Below, piece by piece: positions 47,891 through 58,340 of a DNA stretch of 64,000 bases. The notes below the pieces were generated by a model. The model worked only from the letters and a program-made list of their open reading frames with translations. It was not told where the DNA came from and ran no database searches. Positions within the stretch are counted from its first letter, which is position 1, and each line of letters starts with the position of its first letter. This DNA comes from an uncultured Staphylococcus sp. (lineage in GTDB: Bacteria; Bacteroidota; Bacteroidia; Bacteroidales; Muribaculaceae). The position numbers were made by a program, and so were the translations under genes. The stretch is from assembly GCA_964497255.1 (NCBI GenBank), contig CAZCCI010000001.1, forward strand, positions 69,751-133,750, read 5' to 3'.

Positions 47891-48050
47891 AATCAATCCC
47901 AGTCGTTAAGAGATTCTATATATCTATCAACATCAAGCACAGCAATATAGTTCCTGCGCTTCTCCTGACATTCAGCACAATTGCAGGTGTTTGATTGTAT
48001 ATGGATGGTTTCGACGTTGGACTTTTCCTCTTCGATTTCTTCTTCCATAA

Positions 48051-48326
48051 TCACTTGGCAACTTCCTCTTTGAAAGTATTGGCCGGTTTGAACGCCGGGA
48101 TGTTATGTGCCGGAATGACAAGTGTGGTGTTCTTGCTGATGTTGCGGGCTGTCTTCTCAGCTCTCTGCTTTACGATGAATGAACCGAAGCCACGGAGATA
48201 CACGTTCTCACCATGAGCGAGGCTGTCCTTAACCACAGTCATGAGCTGCTCAACGACAGCGAGCACGGCGGCTTTGTCGATGCCGGTTGTCTTAGCTATT
48301 TCGCTAACTATATCTGCTTTAGTCAT
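48051..48326 (-). CDS. hup: HU/IHF-family DNA-binding protein
   Basis: MTKADIV..VYLRGFGSF..ARNISKNTTLVIPAHNIPAFKP. Confidence 0.95.
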   Translation of the reverse strand: MTKADIVSEIAKTTGIDKAAVLAVVEQLMTVVKDSLAHGENVYLRGFGSFIVKQRAEKTARNISKNTTLVIPAHNIPAFKPANTFKEEVAK

Positions 48327-48535
48327 GTTGTCTTGAATTTGATAAACTTAATGAACACAAAATTACTAAAAAACATTCATTAACGCTAATAATTGTTTTC
48401 TGAGATTTAGAGGACCGCTATCTTTAGGAAATTTAATCAGCCTCATCAATCAAGAAACAATTTTTCGTCTTGGAGAAATTTTGCTAATTTTACAATACGA
48501 ATGTGTTTCAAGCATAATTAATCGGAATCTTAGCA

Positions 48536-49954
48536 ATGACAATCGACAACATCAGTAAAGAAATAAATAACATCCGAGGGAAAAGGAATGGTTCTCTATC
48601 AGTTGATGATATAGAAAGGCTGATATGGCTTTCCCGTGAACGAAATCGAATAGAAGGCCGAGGTGTTACCTATCACTATGCTAACGATATGACAATAGGG
48701 GAAATACAATTAGCTGCAAAAGTTATTTCTGCACAACTGACTGAAAGCCCTTATAGAAATAATTTTAGTTGCCTTCAATGTCCTGCCCCTATAGAATGTA
48801 ACGGTGATTGGTCATTATTTACGTTACCAGCAGATGATAGCAGTTACACCCATATGTTTTTTATTGAAACGCCTAATTATGGGAAGATTTGTTATTATCT
48901 CCATGGATTTCCCGCACTTTTAGGACTTGAATCGAGTTTGTTTTTGGAAGATGCTCAAAATACTTTCAAATTGCTGTATAACAGTGAGGATGAGTGTGGC
49001 ATAAAAGAGGCAGATAGTCTTGTAAATTCTTTTATATGTATAAATTCATCTATTACAAACTATTTCATTAAAGCAGCACAAGAATCCGAATTATTCTCTT
49101 GGAATGCAAAATATAATCCTTGTTTCTTTGATAGGGAAAGGATTTTAAATTTCAGAGGATGGATGATGATGGATATGCGTGAGGAATTTGGTGTAACACA
49201 ACCTATGGTTGGCAAACGTTATCTCATGAGAGATTTTGCAATGCAGCTCAAGTATCTTACTTTTTGGGTTGCCTTGATGGATACGTTCACCTTTCCTAGA
49301 TTGGAAGAGTCCTTTAGAGAGATATATGCAGACCTCATTGCTTATCTCTTGAAGAATTACGCTAATATTTATATCTATGATATCGTAGCAGAATCTAATT
49401 TGGTGGAGGATTCAGCCAATACTAAAGTTCGAGGTTCAAATAGCAATACAACTAGATTGAAAATTTTCTTTACAACATCCGATGATATACCTCGTCTGAT
49501 GAGACTCGATTTACCACATATTGACTGTCCTTATGTTCATATTAATATAGAAAATAGAGAAACAGGCGAAAATATACATCAGAAAATTTCTCAACCAGAA
49601 AGATTTCCAGGAGAATATGATTCAGTATTTGAATCTCTCATAAGCATGCTTCAAACATATAATTTTTATTCAATTACTACGAGACATTCACCAGTAAGTG
49701 ATGATAGAGCAGTTTTCCGAGAAATGAAATATTGGACTGCAATGTATGATTTCGCAATCCCAGCAATGGGCTTTCTCATATTTGGCAGTAATGATAATAT
49801 AAATCATTTTGAAGTTGTTCAACAGTCTCGAAATGTCCTATTATTGTTGCTCCAGGAGGGCGGGATTTCTGTTGAAGATTCTGAATCTCTCAACGACTAC
49901 GAATTATTTGAGCTTGCAGATCTAATTATTAGGAAAAACGCACTCATTCCATAA
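48536..49954 (+). CDS. AT-rich 472-aa hypothetical protein
   Basis: Long ORF, no recognised family, opposite strand to neighbours. Confidence 0.75.
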   Translation: MTIDNISKEINNIRGKRNGSLSVDDIERLIWLSRERNRIEGRGVTYHYANDMTIGEIQLAAKVISAQLTESPYRNNFSCLQCPAPIECNGDWSLFTLPADDSSYTHMFFIETPNYGKICYYLHGFPALLGLESSLFLEDAQNTFKLLYNSEDECGIKEADSLVNSFICINSSITNYFIKAAQESELFSWNAKYNPCFFDRERILNFRGWMMMDMREEFGVTQPMVGKRYLMRDFAMQLKYLTFWVALMDTFTFPRLEESFREIYADLIAYLLKNYANIYIYDIVAESNLVEDSANTKVRGSNSNTTRLKIFFTTSDDIPRLMRLDLPHIDCPYVHINIENRETGENIHQKISQPERFPGEYDSVFESLISMLQTYNFYSITTRHSPVSDDRAVFREMKYWTAMYDFAIPAMGFLIFGSNDNINHFEVVQQSRNVLLLLLQEGGISVEDSESLNDYELFELADLIIRKNALIP

Positions 49955-50082
49955 CTATTTTAATGGATGAGTGCGTCAGAACAAAGAGATTAATACTATA
50001 GTTACTTTATACCTAAGACTTTGGGAACAGACAAGAAATCAATAAAATAGCACAATCTCAAAACATATTTGGAGGCTCAAAT

Positions 50083-50580
50083 TTATTGGCGATAAAACAG
50101 TTCCAGTTCCATCCAGCGGCGACGGTAAAGACCGGGATGCCGACGACTTTTGTATTTCGAGAAGGAGGTATATTCATAGTGGATGTCTCGGTTTCCGGAT
50201 TTCAGCTTTTTTAGGAGTGAGCTGTTCTGGATGCGGCCGCTGCCGACATTGTAGGCGAGGCACGCAAGGAGCAAACTGTCAGCACCATATCCACGATAGT
50301 AGGCGCAGAGCCGGGACAAATCTTTTCGCAGAATACGGTCGGCTTCAGCATGGGAATATTGCCGTTTCCTGTACTTCTCGCCCTTTTGAACTACATGACC
50401 GTAGGCTATTGTAGGCCAATGTTTAGGTTCATGGAGCGTTTCGTAATGCCGAATCAGAACGCAGGCCCGTTCAAAAGGTGGCAACGCCATCAGTTTGGCT
50501 TTGCGGGAATCAGAAATAGTGGTGGCGTTGGCCGGCATTGCTGACAGCAACACCACCATAGTAATAAGCCATTTCTTCAT
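50083..50580 (-). CDS. Lysozyme-like (GH24-type) hydrolase
   Basis: IRHYE..PTIAYGH..LAYNVG..GLYRRRWME; signal peptide. Confidence 0.8.
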   Translation of the reverse strand: MKKWLITMVVLLSAMPANATTISDSRKAKLMALPPFERACVLIRHYETLHEPKHWPTIAYGHVVQKGEKYRKRQYSHAEADRILRKDLSRLCAYYRGYGADSLLLACLAYNVGSGRIQNSSLLKKLKSGNRDIHYEYTSFSKYKSRRHPGLYRRRWMELELFYRQ

Positions 50581-51803
50581 CGGCGGAAACCTTTTGACTG
50601 AATCTCATCCTCAGGTTGCACCTCGGATTTCTTGGGAGGAAGCCCCATTGCTGCGATTTCCTCCTTTTCATCCACCTCAACCTTCGAGGTTCCCTTAAAC
50701 GGAACTTCCTCCGGAACCAAAGTCGGATCGAATACAGCCTGTTCCTCAGAATAAGGCTGCACGGTCTGTCCGTTTTCAAGTTGTTGGCTGACATCCTGCA
50801 TCCGGTAGTTGATTACAGCCGTCGCTTTCTTGACATCAGACATGACGGTGCGGATAAAATCCGGAGATTCCTCAAGGCTTTCCAGCCATGATTTGAGATA
50901 GGCGGCGGAATCTCCCTTGACGTGCTTTTGGATGCCGTTCTGCTGACATATAAGTGCCGAGCCAAGTTCTGCCACCAGTTCCTCTCTTGAATAGTTCTCA
51001 TCCCCGAAGGTGCAGGCTTTCAGGCGACCGAGGCGCGACTCGGAACCGGTTGAATGAGTCATCTCATGTAGAAGTGTTCCGTAGAAACTCTCGCCGTCGA
51101 TAAACTGCTCCTTAGTAGGAACGACGATATGATCCTTTGATACGGAGTAGTAAGCCCTGTCCTGATTCTCGGGAATGATGGGACAAACCCAGGCATTGTT
51201 GGTTATCATCGCATCAATAACCGGAAAAGAGAAAACCTCTCCTTTCTGTTCAGGCAGTTTCACCGCACACTGCTCTTCCAGCTTTGCATATAGTTCCGGG
51301 CGTACTTCCTGCAGGTTGGTCTGCGCCACATTGAACACGTTAAAGACCTGATTCTTGGGATAGACATTATACTGTTTCTTCTCCTCATTGGAGAGTTTCT
51401 TGTAATCCTCCCAGGGAATCTTTTCCTTCGAGTCCTTGTCAATGACAGTGAACGTGGTGAGAAAAACCGGGAACGATTTCTCACCTTTCAGAACATGGAC
51501 GGCCTCACGTTCCTCTGCTCCTTTCTGCTGTGGATTCAGGTCACGCTGGATGCTGTTGAAGGTACACCATACCGGTAGCTTGTAGCCCTCTTTCTCGGCA
51601 TGGAGCATCAGCATAAGGGCGTTACCTCCGTTGTATCGGCGACCGTGCAGATTGCGGGGCCACACAAGCGCACCCTCGGTGAACCAGGGCTTCTGCCAGT
51701 CATGGTCGATGGACTTGATCTTGTCAATCATCAGCTCCGTGAACCGGTCGAGTGCCCTGTCTTCCGCCGAAGGAGTATTAGCGTTTTTTGAGTATCTCGC
51801 CAT
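50577..51803 (-). CDS. ardC: ArdC-like antirestriction protein (ssDNA-binding N domain + zincin)
   Basis: WQKPW..RRYNGGN, DRAYYS..DHIVVP, LLHEMTHSTG, YSREELVAELGSA. Confidence 0.9.
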   Translation of the reverse strand: MARYSKNANTPSAEDRALDRFTELMIDKIKSIDHDWQKPWFTEGALVWPRNLHGRRYNGGNALMLMLHAEKEGYKLPVWCTFNSIQRDLNPQQKGAEEREAVHVLKGEKSFPVFLTTFTVIDKDSKEKIPWEDYKKLSNEEKKQYNVYPKNQVFNVFNVAQTNLQEVRPELYAKLEEQCAVKLPEQKGEVFSFPVIDAMITNNAWVCPIIPENQDRAYYSVSKDHIVVPTKEQFIDGESFYGTLLHEMTHSTGSESRLGRLKACTFGDENYSREELVAELGSALICQQNGIQKHVKGDSAAYLKSWLESLEESPDFIRTVMSDVKKATAVINYRMQDVSQQLENGQTVQPYSEEQAVFDPTLVPEEVPFKGTSKVEVDEKEEIAAMGLPPKKSEVQPEDEIQSKGFRR

Positions 51804-52396
51804 TAAAACGGAGTCTTGACATATTCCTTCAGCTCGACAGCCTTGCAGTTAAAGTCAAGGTTGCCGTTGAATGTCGATATGCGCAGCTCTCCCTTTGCCT
51901 CGATCTTGGCCTTGGGAACGACGAATGTCGGGATTGCCTCGTTGAACGACACAAAGCGCACGAATACAGAGAAGAACTCTTCGCCCACCTTGTCGGTCGA
52001 ATACGCCGAGAATCGCAGATATCTGTTCCCTTTCTTGTCGGTAGGTGTCTTTATGTCCTTGCATACGACTCCACGGAACTCCATTTCTCCGGCGATTCCG
52101 GATTCCGCCACGGGGTCGATTTCGATGTTATCGGCCGATAGATTGAAGTATGTTTTCTTTTCAGCCGCGCCTTTGATTTTGAGGACGCCCTCTATTGAGA
52201 CACGCCGCCCCTGCGTGAGAGCCGTGACCTCGGCGTTTTCGGCTGCCACGCTGATATTGACCGGCACGGCATCGCCTTTGGTAGATGGCACGTCCACCGA
52301 CAGCCCGAAAGCCACGAAGCTCTTGCCGTCAGCGGTCTGTTTCACACTTGCAGTACGGTTGATGATACCGCATACTTTTACATTGCATTTGATCAT
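51803..52396 (-). CDS. Tandem OB-fold SSB-like protein
   Basis: Two SSB-like halves (CGIINRTASVK..GRRVSIEGVL; RGVVCKDIKT..KAKIEAKGEL); ends in PF. Confidence 0.65.
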   Translation of the reverse strand: MIKCNVKVCGIINRTASVKQTADGKSFVAFGLSVDVPSTKGDAVPVNISVAAENAEVTALTQGRRVSIEGVLKIKGAAEKKTYFNLSADNIEIDPVAESGIAGEMEFRGVVCKDIKTPTDKKGNRYLRFSAYSTDKVGEEFFSVFVRFVSFNEAIPTFVVPKAKIEAKGELRISTFNGNLDFNCKAVELKEYVKTPF

Positions 52397-52437
52397 ATAC
52401 TTGATGATTGGTTAGTTGGTTATGAATTAGTTTACAG

Positions 52438-52614
52438 TCAGTCCCGTGTAATGAGTCTGACATAGAAGATGCAGGCGATTGAAGTCTTCACGGTCTCAAA
52501 TACCGAGAATGCAATAGTCCACAAAAGACCCAGATGAGAGTAAATCACGAGGGTGATATAGCACAATATCAGCAGAATCACCACAAGCGCGGTGTAAAGG
52601 ACAATGCTTCTCAT
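52438..52614 (-). CDS. 58-aa hydrophobic membrane protein (below ORF-track cutoff)
   Basis: MRSIVLYTALVVILLILCYITLVIYSHLGLLWTIAFSVFETVKTSIACIFYVRLITRD; ATGA overlap with hydrolase stop. Confidence 0.55.
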   Translation of the reverse strand: MRSIVLYTALVVILLILCYITLVIYSHLGLLWTIAFSVFETVKTSIACIFYVRLITRD

Positions 52615-54173
52615 CGCTGCAGTCCCTGATTCTGCTCGTTGCCCATCTGTCGGTCGAAGTTCTGCGACATCTGATTGGCGACAACGATGTTGTTGATGAT
52701 ACCGGCTATGCGTCCCTGTTTTGCCTCGTTGCCAAGATTTGCGTCGTTCAGTGCCGCTGAAAGCCTTGTCATCTCGGCATTGGTCAGCTCATGCTTGAAT
52801 GAGCCTCTGTCATCGGTGATTGACAGAATGGGGTTCTGTCCCTCACGGATAGTCAGAGAGCAGGCCTTCAGACCGGGCGTCAGGGAACTGAGGTCAATCT
52901 GACGGTTAACGGCTGCATCGGAGGCGAGAGCCATAGCTTCCTCCCTGTCCTTTCCGTCAATCTGCACGGCAAGAGCCATAAGGGAAGTGAACATGGTAAT
53001 TGCCATTTCCATTACCGGGTCATTGGACGGGAGATTCACGCCGCTATCCTCTGAAGAAAGGAGTTTCTTCATCCAGCCGTCAGGTGTCATTTCCTCTTGA
53101 GGAGTATCATCGACCGCCATGTCCTCTCCGGGAGTATCATGTTGCGGAATCTGGTCGGCATATTTGGCGAGCAGATCTTTTCCATTGTGCATTGCCGTGA
53201 CTTTGATATTCCCTTTGGCGGCTATCTCTGCGAGATAGGCAGCCGGGTCAATATCACGAGCTGTTCCGTCAACACCTATCATCTTTACACCGAAGTGAAG
53301 ATGCTCACCGGTAGTTCTCGTCCCCGTATTGCCGGAGACACCGATTTTGGTTCCGGCGTTTACGGTATCACCGACCTTAACAGCTATCTCCGACAAGTGC
53401 ATATAGGTTGTCTGATACTTGGAACCATCGGGTCGGTCATACTCCAGGGTCACGCTCTTGCCTCCGCCGGTATTGACATTGTGACTGACACTGACAACGC
53501 GGCCGTTATCTTCAGTGGCAAGAAGTCTATCACCCTTACACTGAATATCCACACCCTTATGAAACTGCGTCTGACCCGGATTCATAGGGTCTTTGCGTTT
53601 GCCATAAGGAGAAGTTACAAGCATGAACTCGTCTCGCTTGACCGGGAACGAATAATGGCTTGACTGTTCGGCAGGTGTCTGCATATCAGATGTCGGTGTA
53701 AGCGGGCCACGCTCCACAGCCATGCGGTCATATTTTGTCAAGTCCATTCTCTCGATTACGGAGATAAGGCTTGAGGCATACTGTTTGGACGATGCGTAAC
53801 CTGCTTTTTGCAAACTGTTGCACCACCCTCGGTAATCATCCTGAGCAAGAGCGAAACATGCCGAATATCGGCTGTTGTTCTTGAGAATCAGCGAATGATG
53901 CTCGTAACTGTCGCCGACGGTCGCATACTTGCAGAATTTCTCGTTGGGTCTGTCATCGGTATAGAGTCCGTACTGGCCACCTGCGTCAAGCCATGATTTC
54001 CCGGCCTTGATACCGAAATGGTTGTTGCACTCACGCGACAACTGACTGCGCCCGTTGGCACTCTCAAGAATACCCTGGGCGAGCGTCACCGATGCCGGGA
54101 CACCATATTTGCGCTGCTGCTCGATGGCATACTCGGCATACTGCTCTACATATTGCTGTGATACGCTTGCCAT
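52611..54173 (-). CDS. Glucosaminidase (GH73) + M23 peptidase peptidoglycan hydrolase
   Basis: AQGILESANG..NNHFGIK, AGYAS; HKGVDI, YMHL, TGEHLHFGV. Confidence 0.9.
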   Translation of the reverse strand: MASVSQQYVEQYAEYAIEQQRKYGVPASVTLAQGILESANGRSQLSRECNNHFGIKAGKSWLDAGGQYGLYTDDRPNEKFCKYATVGDSYEHHSLILKNNSRYSACFALAQDDYRGWCNSLQKAGYASSKQYASSLISVIERMDLTKYDRMAVERGPLTPTSDMQTPAEQSSHYSFPVKRDEFMLVTSPYGKRKDPMNPGQTQFHKGVDIQCKGDRLLATEDNGRVVSVSHNVNTGGGKSVTLEYDRPDGSKYQTTYMHLSEIAVKVGDTVNAGTKIGVSGNTGTRTTGEHLHFGVKMIGVDGTARDIDPAAYLAEIAAKGNIKVTAMHNGKDLLAKYADQIPQHDTPGEDMAVDDTPQEEMTPDGWMKKLLSSEDSGVNLPSNDPVMEMAITMFTSLMALAVQIDGKDREEAMALASDAAVNRQIDLSSLTPGLKACSLTIREGQNPILSITDDRGSFKHELTNAEMTRLSAALNDANLGNEAKQGRIAGIINNIVVANQMSQNFDRQMGNEQNQGLQR

Positions 54174-54175
54174 AG

Positions 54176-56539
54176 TTATCTCCCTCTGTGAACGGTTTGC
54201 GTTTCTTCCACTTCCTCGGTTCTTTCGACCTCGACGCTCTCGACTTCCGGCTCAGGCTTGACAACCTCGGATGCCGCAGCCTCGCTTCTTGAAACTTTTG
54301 CTCCAAGAATATCAGCGAACACCTTTGCCGCAAGAGAGGTCTTGTACTCAGCCATATCCTCGGCAACGAACATCCTGTTCCACTGGTCGCGACTGATCTC
54401 ACGGGGCTTCACATTGTCCGCACCCTCTATCTTGGGGGCACACATAATCTTGTCCTCCTTGGTCTTATATACGTTCACACGGGTGATACGGGAGACATCA
54501 ACTCCTTCGGGAATGTCATTGAAGATATTGAAACGGAGGGAAGGATTAGTTCTGACAAGCTCATAGTATTTCTGTCCGAGTTCCATGCGGAGCCGGTCAG
54601 CTTCCGACTGATGGCCCTGACGGAGCGTTGAGAAAAAGCGGTTTACATCCTCCTTTTCGGGATAGATGCAGAACGATTCGCCGTCTTTCGGTTTGATGTA
54701 GAAAGCCCAGCGTGCATTATCGTCCTTGAGCATCTGTACCCGGTCGAACAGAACATTGTTGGCCGCATCGACAGCCCCGGACACATCAATCCGGGCAACC
54801 TCGTTGAGCTTGCCGCCTTTATAGGACATCTCATGGACGGTTCTCCCTTCATAAAAGCCGTCATCAGCACTGAGCGACAGCCGACCGTCATTGTTATAGA
54901 ACCTGACATAAGTGGCACCATCTTTTTTCAACGCTGCCTCTATACGGGCCAGAGGAAACCCTTTGAGCGCGAAGTTCGTAAGTGTCGCGTTGGCATCGGC
55001 ACGTTCCTTCGGAGTCATTACTTCGTCAGGTGTTACACGGAACAGCTTGCGTTCTCCTTCAGGCAGGTTTACATATCCTCCGGCCATTGCGCCTCCGGGA
55101 AGCATCACGTCATAGACACCACGGGGACCTTTTACAACCACCATAGAACGGTCGGCCTCGTTTGGAATCCGGCGTATCATGTCATTGATAAGGTAATGAT
55201 TTGACTTGGAGTTCCACACTCCCGGCAGATATTCCATGCAGAGGCGGTTGATTGAATCGGCGTTTTTAAGAGCCTCGCCGTAGGCCAGTTCCACCTGCTC
55301 CTTATCATCGGAACCTGTCAGGGCCATTGCTTCCTCCAGCTCCTTGTTATAATAAGTCAGGTCAAATTTTTCAAGAAACTCTCGTTTTTCCTCCGGCGAA
55401 GTGAAGTTGCGGTCGTCAATCTTCATGCCGCCGTGACGGAGTATGTCACAGAGGATGACGGCCTCGTGGCTGTCAACCTGCGGCTTCTGTTTCTGCTGGA
55501 GTTCGTCAATCCGCGCCTGAGTACGGAACCGGGCATATTCGATTTTCTCACCCTGTTCTGCCTTACGTATTACATCAAGGGCATTGTTGACATCCGCTTC
55601 CAGAGCGTCAATCATGCAGGGATTCTCCTGAAGCTCCCGTGTCCAGCTCTCTATCAGGGAGATATTCTGAGGGCTGACCTTTGCCGGAAGTCCGAGTTCA
55701 TTCATCTTTATGGCGGAAGCCACTTCCACCACAAGTCGCTCGTAGCGGTCGGCGTAGTCACCCGGGGCATGACCGCCCTTCATCACCATTCCCTCGCGGG
55801 CGAGACGCTGCTGATGTCCTGTGGATGATACAATCTGCCGCATGAGTTCCTGCACATATTCGGGATATTCGGCATATTTTTTCTGATCCGGCATATATAC
55901 GGCATCTTTTTCGGTGTCGTAATGAGCCGATTCGGAAGCCTCCCGGCGTATGGGTACCAGATAATCCTTCATCTGCTTGATAAAGCTGTTGACGGATGCC
56001 CGGAGCTGGCGTTCCTCAGCTTTGAGGTTGCCGCGCTCGTTGGCGGAGCCGAATCGGTCGAGCACCGAACGGTACTTGTCCTCGTCAGCATGAGGCATCA
56101 CTGTCTGGTCAAGGTTGAAAAGCATACGGATCTGCCGCTGCTGCACTCCTTTGTATTCCGACTGCTGTTCCTGTGTGAGCTTCTTATAGTCGCCGGCACT
56201 TATCACATCCTTCGGGTCGTGCTTGTTGACATAGAGATCCCATGCATACCAGTTGAACGGCGTGCCTTTCTCCTTGCCTATGACCGGGATTCCTGCGGCT
56301 TTTGCCGTGTGGAAGAACACATATTGCGAGGAAGGATAGTTCTCGCGGTCTGCCGTGAGCTGGAGCACAAGCGAGTTGAAGGGACTCACTGTCGGGCCTT
56401 TCGGATAGATACGAGGAGCCATCATGCCTGCATGGTTGAGCCATTGACCGCCGTTGCCCTTTGCGTTGGTGAGGGCTTCGTTGATTAACCGTACCTGGCG
56501 GATTGCCGCCTTCTCCTCCTGTGGGGATTTTTCTTTCAT
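54176..56539 (-). CDS. Large ArdC-N / degenerate zincin fusion protein
   Basis: ArdC-N-like SPFNSLVL..KEKGTPF, AHYDTEKDAVYMP, ERLVVEVASA but no HExxH. Confidence 0.75.
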   Translation of the reverse strand: MKEKSPQEEKAAIRQVRLINEALTNAKGNGGQWLNHAGMMAPRIYPKGPTVSPFNSLVLQLTADRENYPSSQYVFFHTAKAAGIPVIGKEKGTPFNWYAWDLYVNKHDPKDVISAGDYKKLTQEQQSEYKGVQQRQIRMLFNLDQTVMPHADEDKYRSVLDRFGSANERGNLKAEERQLRASVNSFIKQMKDYLVPIRREASESAHYDTEKDAVYMPDQKKYAEYPEYVQELMRQIVSSTGHQQRLAREGMVMKGGHAPGDYADRYERLVVEVASAIKMNELGLPAKVSPQNISLIESWTRELQENPCMIDALEADVNNALDVIRKAEQGEKIEYARFRTQARIDELQQKQKPQVDSHEAVILCDILRHGGMKIDDRNFTSPEEKREFLEKFDLTYYNKELEEAMALTGSDDKEQVELAYGEALKNADSINRLCMEYLPGVWNSKSNHYLINDMIRRIPNEADRSMVVVKGPRGVYDVMLPGGAMAGGYVNLPEGERKLFRVTPDEVMTPKERADANATLTNFALKGFPLARIEAALKKDGATYVRFYNNDGRLSLSADDGFYEGRTVHEMSYKGGKLNEVARIDVSGAVDAANNVLFDRVQMLKDDNARWAFYIKPKDGESFCIYPEKEDVNRFFSTLRQGHQSEADRLRMELGQKYYELVRTNPSLRFNIFNDIPEGVDVSRITRVNVYKTKEDKIMCAPKIEGADNVKPREISRDQWNRMFVAEDMAEYKTSLAAKVFADILGAKVSRSEAAASEVVKPEPEVESVEVERTEEVEETQTVHRGR

Positions 56540-56557
56540 ATTATTCTGTTTCGATTA

Positions 56558-58339
56558 TTATCTGATTTGTCTGGTCTGTGATTGATTCTCCTGAGTGACG
56601 GCACGGTAGTTCTCCTGTGCGAGCTGGCGGTTGGCGTCATGTCTTGCAAGGACTGTGTTGGCAAGAGTGTTCAACGGCAAAGCTCCTGACTGATATGCAG
56701 CCACCACGTTGTCGGGAAGCATTATCGAGCATGGAGTGCGGTCGATATTGGCGACAAGGCAGTTGCCGTTGATGACGGGACCGGTTATCCTCGGATTGAG
56801 TTCCTGGTCTTCATACTGCTTGAATCGCGGCCCATTCGGATTATTATGCCGTTCTATGCTTTCATGTCCGGCCTTGTTGACGAGGTTCAGTCCTCCCATA
56901 CCGATGAGAACCATCTTCAGAATGGGATTCTTTATAAAGAATCCGGCGACCACGGATGCCATAGGTATCAGATTATTACGGAGATGCAGGCTCTGCGTCT
57001 TGCCGGTCATCATGCCGACAAGAATGTCAGGCATCATGGCTATGACATAACCAAGGTTGTGGCCGATGTCCCCAAGGCCGTTGAAACCGAGGTCTGCCAT
57101 AAGAGAACCCCATCCGGCTTGGTTGGCTTCCTGCTCCTGACGAATATTGCCATCTTCATCAGTCGCATCACTCACTTGTGGATTCTGCTCCATCTGTTGT
57201 TCTGTTTGAGGGTTGCCTGAGCGTGCCGCCAACTGAGCTTCTGCAGCTCTTGAAGGCGTGGTATTGTTAGCAATCGGGGTTTCTTGATTCTTAGGTGCTT
57301 GGGCTGCATTTTGCACCGCTTCCTCAAAAGATTTCTTGACATTTCCAACGGCTGTAATAATGGGAGAAGCAAATGCTTTGGCCCCACGGCTTATGAAGCC
57401 ACCTAACGAAAATGTTCCTACCGGCCTTTTGAGGTTGCCGTTGATTCTTGTGACACCTTCGCACCTCTCGGCATCAAGGCATCCGGCCTGTGCCTTGATA
57501 GAGTCAAACACATTCTCGTTTTCACCGGAACCGAAAACTCCTTGACTGATACACTGCTCTATGGTTATGCTGTTGTCTTTGTCCTTGGAATCCATATAGG
57601 CTTCCACTCCGGCAAAAACGACTTCCACCCCGGCAAGCTTCGCAAGGTTGGACCACGAGCCGCAGCCCATTGTCGCCACTGTGTCAATGGCGAATGAGGC
57701 GGCTTTTGCACCTCCCCATTCCCAGCCGTTTGCCTTGTATCTGTCTTCGGCTTCCTTGGCTATCTGTGCCTCAAGCGGAGACCTGTTCAGCGTATATGGA
57801 AGCCCGAACAGGCTTTCTCCGGCGGCCTTCCTGATTATGTATTCGGCTGTCGATTTTGGCGTTTCCTTGTCTATGAGCCGGTCAACCATCGTCTGTTGCA
57901 GTCGGTAATCCATATATGCGGCGGCAAGGTCACAGCCGATTTGCTGAGAGGCTTTGTCGTAGCGTTCACGGCCGATTGATGCCACCATCGCATTGCGCCA
58001 TGATATAGTAAGGGCGACAATATCGTGGGAAAGCTCCTTGTCATTGACCACGGCTTCCTTGCACATCACAAGATAGTCTTCGGTGGTCTTGCTGTTCCAT
58101 TCGCCGGTGGCTTTCAGTATTTGTGAAGAAGTGTCGATACCGGGGGCACAGCGTCCGGCATCAGCGAGTGAAGACAGAATCCCGCCAAAGCTCGTGTTCC
58201 ATTCCGCACGCTCCTGACCCTGCTTCTTTATGAGGTCACGGCGCACTTCGTCCATCACTTCAGCTACATTTGCATCAAGATACCGGCCGAGGCAGTATTC
58301 CACCTCGACAAGTGCATCCATATTCTTAGGTTCGGCCAT
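56558..58339 (-). CDS. Hypothetical membrane-associated protein
   Basis: 593-aa ORF with hydrophobic Gly/Ala segments. Confidence 0.75.
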   Translation of the reverse strand: MAEPKNMDALVEVEYCLGRYLDANVAEVMDEVRRDLIKKQGQERAEWNTSFGGILSSLADAGRCAPGIDTSSQILKATGEWNSKTTEDYLVMCKEAVVNDKELSHDIVALTISWRNAMVASIGRERYDKASQQIGCDLAAAYMDYRLQQTMVDRLIDKETPKSTAEYIIRKAAGESLFGLPYTLNRSPLEAQIAKEAEDRYKANGWEWGGAKAASFAIDTVATMGCGSWSNLAKLAGVEVVFAGVEAYMDSKDKDNSITIEQCISQGVFGSGENENVFDSIKAQAGCLDAERCEGVTRINGNLKRPVGTFSLGGFISRGAKAFASPIITAVGNVKKSFEEAVQNAAQAPKNQETPIANNTTPSRAAEAQLAARSGNPQTEQQMEQNPQVSDATDEDGNIRQEQEANQAGWGSLMADLGFNGLGDIGHNLGYVIAMMPDILVGMMTGKTQSLHLRNNLIPMASVVAGFFIKNPILKMVLIGMGGLNLVNKAGHESIERHNNPNGPRFKQYEDQELNPRITGPVINGNCLVANIDRTPCSIMLPDNVVAAYQSGALPLNTLANTVLARHDANRQLAQENYRAVTQENQSQTRQIR

Positions 58340-58340
58340 G

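Noticed and set aside
48051-54173. Prophage (lysozyme, HU, small membrane ORF)
   Set aside because: No capsid, terminase, portal or tail genes; context is relaxase, ArdC and primase.
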